From the NCBI RefSeq assembly GCF_000260965.1, contig NC_017856.1:1170001-1202000 (forward strand): a stretch of 32,000 bases of DNA, read 5' to 3'. Positions 18,725 through 26,305 of the stretch are shown in pieces; position 1 is the first letter of the stretch, and each line of letters opens with the position of its first letter. The position numbers were made by a program, and so were the translations under genes. The notes under the pieces are model-generated. The model saw only the letters and a program-made list of their open reading frames with translations. It made no database searches and was not told the origin of the DNA. Origin of the DNA: Methylophaga frappieri. GTDB taxonomy: Bacteria; Pseudomonadota; Gammaproteobacteria; Nitrosococcales; Methylophagaceae.

Positions 18725-18777
18725 GCAAACCTCTTTTCGCGACGATCATCGTCTGGTTAACCGAAATAAAGCGCCCT

Positions 18778-19785
18778 ATGATACCGCAAACCAAAGCTGT
18801 CGACATCACTCCTAACTGGCAACAGGAATTAGCAAATGCCATTCATGATCCTGCCGAGTTGCTCAACCGGCTTGGACTGAACCATCACACAGAAGTCTTG
18901 ACCGCAGCACAGACTCGCTCGTTTCCTTTGCGCGTCACCCAAAGCTACTTAAGTAAAATGCGCTTTGCTGATATCACGGATCCATTATTACGCCAGGTGC
19001 TGCCACTCACTGACGAGACATTACCAGCTGAGGGCTTTTTAACTGATCCGGTAGGCGATAACGCGGCCATTAAGTCGGCCGGCATACTGCAAAAATACCA
19101 CGGTCGGGCACTATTATTGATGACCGGTGCTTGCGCTATCCATTGCCGCTATTGTTTCCGGCGCCACTTTCCGTATAGCGAGAGTAATCCGCTGGCAAGT
19201 CAATGGTCGCAAACCTGTGCCGCCATTGCTGAAGACGACACATTGACAGAAATCATCATGAGTGGCGGCGATCCACTGGTCATAAATGACCGAAAATTAA
19301 TCCAGATTGTGTCAGACCTAGAACAGATTCCGCATTTGAAGCGTCTGCGCATTCATACGCGTTTACCGCTGGTTTTGCCGAAACGCATTACACCCGGTTT
19401 ATTGGACCTTCTTCGCACCACCAGACTTAAGGTTGTCATGGTTATCCATGCTAATCATGGTAATGAAATTGACCTGCAAACCGCTACCGCTTTGGGTCAG
19501 CTGAGAGAGGCTGGCTGCGAACTATTAAATCAGGCGGTACTGCTTCGTGGGGTTAATGATAATGCTAAAAGCCTGGTTGAACTGAGCGAGCGACTCAGTG
19601 ATGCTCAGGTCATGCCCTATTATCTTCACCTGCTCGACAAAGTAGCCGGCGCCCAACATTTTGATGTGACAGAACAAGAAGGCATCGCCTTTATCCAGCA
19701 AATGCGAACAAAGCTACCCGGCTATTTGGTGCCAAGACTGGTTCGCGAAATAGCCGGTGAGCCCAATAAGACCATTATTGCCTGA
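18778..19785 (+). CDS. epmB: EF-P beta-lysylation protein EpmB (lysine 2,3-aminomutase family, radical SAM)
   Basis: The ORF-track TTG start at 18718 overlaps efp, so I use ATG 18778 (MIPQTKAV...), which is colinear with the E. coli EpmB N-terminus. Radical-SAM motif CAIHCRYCFRR. Confidence 0.9.
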   Translation: MIPQTKAVDITPNWQQELANAIHDPAELLNRLGLNHHTEVLTAAQTRSFPLRVTQSYLSKMRFADITDPLLRQVLPLTDETLPAEGFLTDPVGDNAAIKSAGILQKYHGRALLLMTGACAIHCRYCFRRHFPYSESNPLASQWSQTCAAIAEDDTLTEIIMSGGDPLVINDRKLIQIVSDLEQIPHLKRLRIHTRLPLVLPKRITPGLLDLLRTTRLKVVMVIHANHGNEIDLQTATALGQLREAGCELLNQAVLLRGVNDNAKSLVELSERLSDAQVMPYYLHLLDKVAGAQHFDVTEQEGIAFIQQMRTKLPGYLVPRLVREIAGEPNKTIIA

Positions 19786-19790
19786 TTTAT

Positions 19791-20954
19791 TTACTTGCCG
19801 CGCTTGGACATCGGAATGTAATCACGCGGACCGTGGCCGGTATAAATCTGGGTTGGTCGGTAAATACGGTTATTGGCAATTTGCTCTCGCCAATGCGCCA
19901 ACCAGCCAGCGCTCCGAGCCACTGCAAACAATGCCGTAAATTGATCTTCTGGAATACCCATTTCTGAGTACAAAATACCGGAGTAGAAATCCACATTCGG
20001 ATAGACCCCTTTATGGCCCAATCTATCTGCGCAAATTTCTTCGAGTTTCATAGCCGTGGCAAACATCTGATCCAAGTGCCCGCCACGTTCCTCAACTAAT
20101 TGTGTGACCAGTTTGTGCAAGATGGTGGCACGTGGATCTTTGACCTTGTATTCCCGATGGCCCATCCCCCAAATCACTTCTTTATTGGCCAGTTTGTGAT
20201 CGACCCAGGCTTCAACATTGTCAGGTGATCCAATGTCTTGCAACATACCAACAACACGTTGATTCGCGCCACCATGTAGCGGGCCTGAAAGGGTGCCTAT
20301 CGCCGCAGAGATAACGCTGTATGGCGAAGCTAATGTTGAACCGGCAACCAATGCCGCAAAGGTCGACGCATTCAGAGTATGTTCTGCATGTAAAATTAGG
20401 CAGACATCCATAATTCGCGCCATCAACGGATCTGGCTCTTTACCGGTAAACATGTACAGCAGATTTTCGGCAACCGATAGATCATCTCTCGGATTAATCG
20501 GATCGTAGCCATGACGCATGTGTTGCCACATCGCCACCAGCGGTGCCATCTGCGCAATAATGTTGACCGTCATATTGCGAACGTAATCAATATCCTCGCA
20601 GGAGTCCGCATCGGTTAAACATTCCGTTCCGGGGTAAAACATGCCAAGACTGGATACTGCGGTTTGCAACATATCCATTGGATGACCGGTATGCGGAAAA
20701 TGACGCATCATTTCCCGAATATGATATTTGATGCGATAGTTTGAGCGCAGCTGCATCAAAAACCGGTTTAAATTGGCCTTAGTAGGCAACTCCCCATCAA
20801 GCAATAACAAGGTTGTTTCTTCAAAGGTACTGTAGGTCGCCAGCGTTTCAAGCGAATACCCACGATAACTGAGAATGCCCTTTTCACCATCAATATAGGA
20901 AATAGCAGATTTAGTGGCTGGAACCCCTTCCAGACCCGGTAAAAAGTCGCTCAT
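19791..20954 (-). CDS. citrate synthase family protein (short ~385-aa type, citrate / 2-methylcitrate synthase-like)
   Basis: 387 aa with motifs GPLHGGANQ, GMGHREYKVKDPRA and NVDFYSG. No prp genes are nearby to support a methylcitrate role. Confidence 0.85.
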   Translation of the reverse strand: MSDFLPGLEGVPATKSAISYIDGEKGILSYRGYSLETLATYSTFEETTLLLLDGELPTKANLNRFLMQLRSNYRIKYHIREMMRHFPHTGHPMDMLQTAVSSLGMFYPGTECLTDADSCEDIDYVRNMTVNIIAQMAPLVAMWQHMRHGYDPINPRDDLSVAENLLYMFTGKEPDPLMARIMDVCLILHAEHTLNASTFAALVAGSTLASPYSVISAAIGTLSGPLHGGANQRVVGMLQDIGSPDNVEAWVDHKLANKEVIWGMGHREYKVKDPRATILHKLVTQLVEERGGHLDQMFATAMKLEEICADRLGHKGVYPNVDFYSGILYSEMGIPEDQFTALFAVARSAGWLAHWREQIANNRIYRPTQIYTGHGPRDYIPMSKRGK

Positions 20955-21050
20955 CTACAACCTCGTTTGTCATTCGGATTAGAGAGATTATCAAACCGTG
21001 GCCTAGTATCGCTACCCAAAGCATGATATCAATAGCATCAAACAGCGGTC

Positions 21051-22394
21051 TCAGGGCAACTCACCCAGCATGTCAGACCAGATATTTTCAGCCCAGCCCT
21101 GCGCGTAGCGGCCTTCAGTTTCGCTGTGTGTTTTTGAAACACCGCCACCATTCATGGTTCGCATTTCGCGGGTTTTCGCATCATAGCGGTACACATTGGC
21201 CACATGCATGGCCTGCTTATCATCAACAAAGCTATAACAGGTATTACTAAAAACCGGCTGGGGCTCAGGCTGTTCTTCACGTAGCAAACTGATCACGGCG
21301 GCAGCACAGACTTTGGCCTGTTGATTGGCAACGTGGCCTGACTTGGGTGTTTTTGCGGCGACGGCATCACCAATCACATGAATTGACGCAATCGCAGTTG
21401 ATTCATAGGTTAAAAAGTTAACATCACACCAGCGCTGATCTATATTTACGACACCCGCCATCTCCGCCACGGCACCTGCTTGCTGTGGTGGAATGACATT
21501 GAGTACATCCGCTCGATAATCTCCAAATAAGGTTTCAACGGCCAAGTTATCTACATCAACCGAATCAAGCGCATGCGTGGGTAAATAATCGATTAGATTA
21601 GGATAAAGTGTTTGCCATGCCTCAACAAAGAGAGACTTTTTAGAAATAATGTCTGGATTTGCATCTAATATCAGCAACTTACCCTTCGGGTTGTGGCGTT
21701 TTAGATATAGCGCAATTTGACAAGCTCTTTCATAAGGCCCGGGCGGGCATCGATATGGTGCCTGCGGCACGGTCATGATGACCGTTCCGCCTGGCCGCAT
21801 CGCCTGCAGTTGCTGCGCCAATAACTGCGTTTGAGATCCCGCTTTCCAAGCATGCGGCACTTTTTGTTGCGCGGTGGCAGATTGCAACATCGGCAAGTTG
21901 TGGTAATCCAGCGATACGCCCGGCGCAATAATTAGCCGATCATAGGATTGCACATCGCCTTGCGTTAAATAGACCTTTTTCTTGTCTGCATCAATCGCAG
22001 TGACTTCATCTTGAATCAATTGTATTGATGGCAATGATGCCAGCGTTTCGTATGAGTGCGTCAAATCTGTGAGTTGACGGCTACCACTCAGCACCAGATT
22101 ACTTTGTGGACAGGAAATAAAGCGGGTCTGCTTTTCGATAAGGATAATCTCGATTTCAGGTGCCCATAACGCCAGATAACGCGCAGCGGTTGCCCCGGCA
22201 TAACCACCGCCAATCACAACTACTTTGGCTTTTTTTGCTGACCGACAACTGCCCAGACTTATTGGCAGTGTCGCCGCCAGACCGCTCAAGGCAGCCGATT
22301 TAAGAAACTGGCGGCGTGAGTGACTCACCTTATTCGTAACCCATTCGCGGAATTTAACAACATTTGCATCAGCACATTGTACCTGAATAGCCAC
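21051..22394 (-). CDS. fccB: flavocytochrome c sulfide dehydrogenase flavoprotein-like protein (FccB/SoxF family), Tat-exported
   Basis: Twin-arginine motif SRRQFLKSAALSG, FAD fold VVVIGGGYAGATAA, and FCSD-type Cys contexts FISCPQSN, PYRCPPGPYERA and NTCYSFV. The start is uncertain: the track uses GTG 22394, while GTG 22328 (VSHSRRQFLK) gives a more typical Tat n-region. Neither has a good SD. Confidence 0.8.
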   Translation of the reverse strand: MAIQVQCADANVVKFREWVTNKVSHSRRQFLKSAALSGLAATLPISLGSCRSAKKAKVVVIGGGYAGATAARYLALWAPEIEIILIEKQTRFISCPQSNLVLSGSRQLTDLTHSYETLASLPSIQLIQDEVTAIDADKKKVYLTQGDVQSYDRLIIAPGVSLDYHNLPMLQSATAQQKVPHAWKAGSQTQLLAQQLQAMRPGGTVIMTVPQAPYRCPPGPYERACQIALYLKRHNPKGKLLILDANPDIISKKSLFVEAWQTLYPNLIDYLPTHALDSVDVDNLAVETLFGDYRADVLNVIPPQQAGAVAEMAGVVNIDQRWCDVNFLTYESTAIASIHVIGDAVAAKTPKSGHVANQQAKVCAAAVISLLREEQPEPQPVFSNTCYSFVDDKQAMHVANVYRYDAKTREMRTMNGGGVSKTHSETEGRYAQGWAENIWSDMLGELP

Positions 22395-22577
22395 TTTTCA
22401 AAGGCCAATAATGCGTATCCAATTTGCCCAGATCCACTGACCGCATCTTAACGAAACTGACTTAGACAAACTAGGATTGTTCACCTCGATTTGAAGAGGT
22501 ATGTTCCCGGTCCGCGCCGATTTCGACTCAAGCGTTATGTTACCGTGATGCTTCATTGTTCTCTTTCACGACAATGA

Positions 22578-23318
22578 TCATGGTCTTTTGGCGCGCTGTT
22601 CAAAAATAACATGCTGATTTTGGACACAAGCCAATTCAAATAATGTCATGACATACTTTTCTAGCACAGCACATTGATACTCTTCTGCGAAGATCGGATC
22701 GTTATCGCCTAAAATCTGTCGTAAATACGTCAGGTCTGCTTTTTGCGTATTGCCAGCTTGGCTCAGAACAAGACTGGGGTTGCTGGCCACCCGTGTTTCA
22801 ATCATTTTGACTATATCCAAAACACTTATGGGCTGGCATGGGCCGACAGGCAAAGTGATATTAGAGTGTTTTTTATTAATCAGCTGCTGGAGAACGCGCA
22901 TCACATCCTCGACATCAATTAAGCTTCGATACGCCTGTGTCTGAATGACGAGATGTTCTTTTCTGGCGATGGTTCTGACAAGGTAATTAATCAACGTATC
23001 GTTGTTGGTAATACCCACCACCTGAGGTAAGCGCAAAATGATATAGCTTGCCGCGTTTTGCTTTATCAGATCTTCGATATATCGCTTGTGAACTGCGTAG
23101 TGACTTTGACCATCGGCCGCTAAAAAACTGCTGAAGTAGACCAGTAATGACATGTCTGACATCGACTTTTGCAGCAAGTCAATTTCTCTCTGATAAGCGG
23201 ATTTTGCGCGCGCCCGAGAGTTAGAAACGCCAGAGGCGAAAACTGTCACAGGATACGTCGAATACAGTGCTGATGCCGCATTCGCCATCATGCCATTGCC
23301 AATCACCCTTATCATCAA
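22578..23318 (-). CDS. atypical SDR / NAD-dependent epimerase-dehydratase-like protein
   Basis: 246 aa. YxxxK context SHYAVHKRYIE, plus ILRLPQVVG and RSLIDVEDV, which resemble extended-SDR motifs. The N-terminal glycine motif is degenerate (VIGNGMMANA). Confidence 0.5.
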   Translation of the reverse strand: MMIRVIGNGMMANAASALYSTYPVTVFASGVSNSRARAKSAYQREIDLLQKSMSDMSLLVYFSSFLAADGQSHYAVHKRYIEDLIKQNAASYIILRLPQVVGITNNDTLINYLVRTIARKEHLVIQTQAYRSLIDVEDVMRVLQQLINKKHSNITLPVGPCQPISVLDIVKMIETRVASNPSLVLSQAGNTQKADLTYLRQILGDNDPIFAEEYQCAVLEKYVMTLFELACVQNQHVIFEQRAKRP

Positions 23319-23537
23319 TCGAGGCGCCCAGAATGGTCAGTTTTTATTGGAAATATCATCACTATCAACCATCCATCATCTAAGTTTGTGGCATCAAAAT
23401 CACAGAGACAGCAGAAATGATATTTCAGGCGTTCCAGGCTGTTTTTTATCCAATGCATTAAGCCATCGTTATCGATTATTCTCCGTTAATCAAGTCTTTA
23501 AGTGCTGAAAAATAGATTGTGCGTGACGTGATAAGAC

Positions 23538-23582
23538 ATCCGAGATGAAGATTTCAATAGCATTGAAATCTTCATCTCGGAT
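23538..23582. repeat. perfect 21-bp-arm inverted repeat (45-nt hairpin)
   Basis: Arms atccgagatgaagatttcaat (23538..23558) and attgaaatcttcatctcggat (23562..23582) with loop agc. No mismatch and no flanking U-tract on either strand. Confidence 0.9.
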
Positions 23583-23633
23583 TGAATGCTGATCGCGCTG
23601 CCAACCAATGCTTGACCGCGTTCGTCGTCCTTG

Positions 23634-23671
23634 CAAACAAAACTGCCGTCAGAAGACGGCAGTTTTGTTTG
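23634..23671. terminator. bidirectional intrinsic terminator downstream of the TonB-dependent receptor gene
   Basis: 17-bp arms caaacaaaactgccgtc / gacggcagttttgtttg with loop agaa. The GC core ctgccgtc/gacggcag is followed by a U-rich tail (uuuuguuug) in both orientations. It lies 16 nt after the stop at 23687. Confidence 0.75.
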
Positions 23672-23686
23672 TGACGATGCTTTTAA

Positions 23687-25786
23687 TTACAACCGATACT
23701 CAATACCAACATACGCGGATAATGGAGCACCTGGATTCAAGATAGCATCACTGCTAGCAGCAACCGCTCTGACACTGTGGCTGGCAATATAGTCTTTTTC
23801 AAACAAATTCCGCACTTCGGCAAACACATTGAAATTATCGTTTGACCAGCCACTTTTCAGACCAAACAAGGTGTAGGAATCCACTTTGTAGCTGTTGGCA
23901 AAATCAGCATAACGCTCGCCGACATAATCGACGGTGGGACCAAAATAAAAGCCGTTTTTATAACGGTAAAGCATTTCACCTTTGAGCGAGAACTTGGGCG
24001 CCGCCGGCAACGTGTTATCAGCAAAACTGTCATCGTCATCAAAGCGAAAACGGTTCCAGGTCAGACTGAGCAGCGGTGTCAGACGATGATCGCGATTTTC
24101 GGTTAGTGCAATATCAGCACTCAACAAAACTTCAATACCAGCATGAATGGTGTCGTCGGCATTACTGGTCAGGAAGGTGCCCAGTGCATTGGGATCTTCA
24201 ACCGACAGAATTTCATTGTCCAGCTTGGCGTAATAGGCCGAAATATCCCAGCCCCACTCACTGTTATCGCTAAGGGCATGGTGTCCGCGGCTGCCAATTT
24301 CGAACACCTCGCCTTTCATCGCCTTCAGCGCATCATTACTGGTAGTTGTACCATCATCCAGTTGATAAGTTGTCGGCGGTTCGTAAAGACGGCTCAGGTT
24401 GGTGTACAGGCTGGTGTTCTGATTCAACTGGTAGATCAGGCCTAGACGCGGGTTGATGCTGTCATAGTCATCTTCAGTTTGTGCGACAGCGCCTGTGCCA
24501 GCGTTTGTTCCACGCACTTCACGGTTGGCTTTGACGGCCTGCGCACCGGCCACCAGGGTCCAGTCATCGGCAAACTGCCAGCGATCCAGCACCACCAGTT
24601 CCAGGGTGTTTGCATCGTTATCATTCACCTGCTGTTTAGCCCCTTTCACACCGCTTGACTGGAAATAATTCCCGCCATCAACCCAGGTGACGCCATAGTT
24701 CATACCAATCAACCAGTCATGATTGCCCACTTTGTGATGGTAACGGGCCATAGTACCGAGATTACGCTGACGGTTATCAATCAGCAGACTGAAAAATTGA
24801 CCGGCGACAATCGGATGAAATAATTCCTGTTCTTCATAAGACACGCCAAACTCGAAGCGGCGGTTATTATCAATTTCCCAGGTGGTTTTATTGGCCAGCC
24901 GCCAGGTATCGACATCTAACTGGAAATGACCGGCATCTCTGCCATTATTAGCACCCGCCTGATCGCGATCTTCACGAACCTGGGCACGACTCAGGCTACC
25001 CGCCAGTTCTTCATCACTATCGAGTTTGGTGAAGTAAAAACGGGTCGATACATTATCACTGAGGCGCAGGCCACCGTTGGCATAAATCCCTGTCCGGGTA
25101 TGCTTGGAGTGTTCCCGATAGCCATCCCACTGTTTGTTTTCAATGGTGACCAGACCATCCACCTGATCATTGAACACCCTGCTGGCCGTCAGACGACTCA
25201 AGCGTTCACCATGGCTGCCACCGGAAATGGATAACGTCAGCGGCGAAGTATCATACGCCGTACTGCTAATAAAGTTGACCGCACCACCTAAGGTACTCGC
25301 GCCATACTTCATGGCGTTGGCGCCACGGGCAAATACCGCGTATTTGGCGCTGAGCGGATCAATAAAACGGTTGTGGTTATTACCGTCAGCGGCCGTTACC
25401 GGCAGGCCATCCTGCAGCAGTTTCACGCCATTAGTGTCGTAGCCAATGGCATCGAGGTTAGAACCACGGCTGGACAGGAAAATACTATCGGTGCCGGTTG
25501 GACTGGTCGCCCAAACGCCCGGGACATAGCGAAAGGCATCTTCCAGACTGGATACCTGGCCTTCGGTCAACTGGTCGATATCAATCAGGTTGACACCGCC
25601 CGGTGTCTGGCGGATTTCCTGTTTATCGGCTTCAATACCGACTTCACCGGGTGCGACGGCATTACCTACCACTTCCAATTGCTGCAATCGCAGTGCACCT
25701 TGCTCAGCATGGGCACTAAGAGCCATGGCACTGAGACAGGCTACTGTGAGCGCCTTCTTGGGTATACGGGGAAAAGAAAGGGGCAT
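23687..25786 (-). CDS. TonB-dependent outer-membrane receptor (substrate unknown)
   Basis: 699 aa. Signal peptide ending ALSAHA, a TonB-box-like LEVVGN, plug-domain motifs (FRYVPGV, LSSRGS, LLQDGLP, RGANAMKYGASTLGGAVNFIS), and a long beta-barrel region. Confidence 0.9.
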   Translation of the reverse strand: MPLSFPRIPKKALTVACLSAMALSAHAEQGALRLQQLEVVGNAVAPGEVGIEADKQEIRQTPGGVNLIDIDQLTEGQVSSLEDAFRYVPGVWATSPTGTDSIFLSSRGSNLDAIGYDTNGVKLLQDGLPVTAADGNNHNRFIDPLSAKYAVFARGANAMKYGASTLGGAVNFISSTAYDTSPLTLSISGGSHGERLSRLTASRVFNDQVDGLVTIENKQWDGYREHSKHTRTGIYANGGLRLSDNVSTRFYFTKLDSDEELAGSLSRAQVREDRDQAGANNGRDAGHFQLDVDTWRLANKTTWEIDNNRRFEFGVSYEEQELFHPIVAGQFFSLLIDNRQRNLGTMARYHHKVGNHDWLIGMNYGVTWVDGGNYFQSSGVKGAKQQVNDNDANTLELVVLDRWQFADDWTLVAGAQAVKANREVRGTNAGTGAVAQTEDDYDSINPRLGLIYQLNQNTSLYTNLSRLYEPPTTYQLDDGTTTSNDALKAMKGEVFEIGSRGHHALSDNSEWGWDISAYYAKLDNEILSVEDPNALGTFLTSNADDTIHAGIEVLLSADIALTENRDHRLTPLLSLTWNRFRFDDDDSFADNTLPAAPKFSLKGEMLYRYKNGFYFGPTVDYVGERYADFANSYKVDSYTLFGLKSGWSNDNFNVFAEVRNLFEKDYIASHSVRAVAASSDAILNPGAPLSAYVGIEYRL

Positions 25787-25851
25787 CGAACTATCCTCAA
25801 AAAACCAAATTCAACTGTGCAGTCTAATGCAGCCAATCCAGCTAAAAATGG

Positions 25852-25880
25852 GGGATTTCGCTCAGTTTATGTGAAATCCC
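25852..25880. other. 8-bp stem hairpin in the receptor upstream region
   Basis: Stem gggatttc (25852..25859) / gaaatccc (25873..25880) with a 13-nt loop. It lies 66-94 nt upstream of the receptor ATG at 25786. Function unknown. Confidence 0.4.
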
Positions 25881-26260
25881 TCAAAAGGCTTCAGGCGCCT
25901 GTTTCAATTATGTCATGATCAATCTGATGCCGTCAGAACGTCTCACGAACTAATCTCAGTAACGTAGCGATTTGCTCACCTCTTTGTGAATCCAGTCTTT
26001 TTGAAATTATTCGAAATGACGCTGTTTTGTGGGCGATGAAGACGACTGTGCCTATTAAAACCAGGCTTTTCCGTTTAGCGGTGTGACAGGGAAATCTCAC
26101 AAAGCGGATAACAGTAAAGCATGGCTCGCTTAATCTTTTCTTTTTAAATTCACAAACATACCGACACTTCTTAGCTAGCCACACTCTCCATCTCTTAAAG
26201 AAAATTTACAAACATTAACATCAATCAATAATGATTTACACATGCTAATTAAGTACAATT

Positions 26261-26279
26261 GCGAACTATTATCATTTTC
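26261..26279. promoter_or_regulatory. candidate Fur box upstream of the FepA-like receptor
   Basis: The minus-strand reading gaaaatgataatagttcgc matches 14 of 19 positions of GATAATGATAATCATTATC. It lies 27-45 nt upstream of ATG 26306. Confidence 0.4.
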
Positions 26280-26305
26280 AATTGTCTAAAAGGAAGCGTT
26301 TAGTC

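Noticed and set aside
18718-18777. N-terminal extensions proposed by the ORF track (epmB TTG 18718; also 9481..9534, 15140..15166, 26282..26305, 30572..30622)
   Set aside because: The extensions overlap neighbouring genes or use rare start codons. Internal ATGs with better RBS or colinearity to known orthologues fit better.
22398-22556. 52-codon minus-strand ORF (MKHHGNITLESKSARTGNIPLQIEVNNPSLSKSVSLRCGQWIWANWIRIIGL) between the SDR-like gene and the FCSD-like gene
   Set aside because: I considered it as a possible missing FCSD partner because its TGA lies 3 nt before the GTG at 22394. It has no CxxCH haem motif, no signal peptide, only a weak SD (aaagagaa) and no family resemblance. I am leaving it uncalled; ribosome profiling or conservation could revive it.
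23290-23508. 72-aa plus-strand ORF overlapping the SDR-like gene start
   Set aside because: It overlaps the opposite-strand start codon and has no RBS or recognisable fold. It is probably spurious.
25373-25918. 181-aa ORF on the plus strand, plus several other 60-100-aa ORFs across 24076..25874
   Set aside because: All are antisense to the 699-aa TonB-dependent receptor gene, and none has recognisable features.
25933-26184. 83-aa GTG-start ORF in the spacer between the two receptor genes
   Set aside because: It has no SD and a basic, low-complexity, Cys-scattered product with no family recognised. It lies in an AT-rich promoter region where random ORFs are expected. I cannot support it as a gene.
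26227-26245. Second Fur-box-like site aataatgatttacacatgc
   Set aside because: It matches only 11 of 19 consensus positions. In an AT-rich spacer that is too weak to call on its own.
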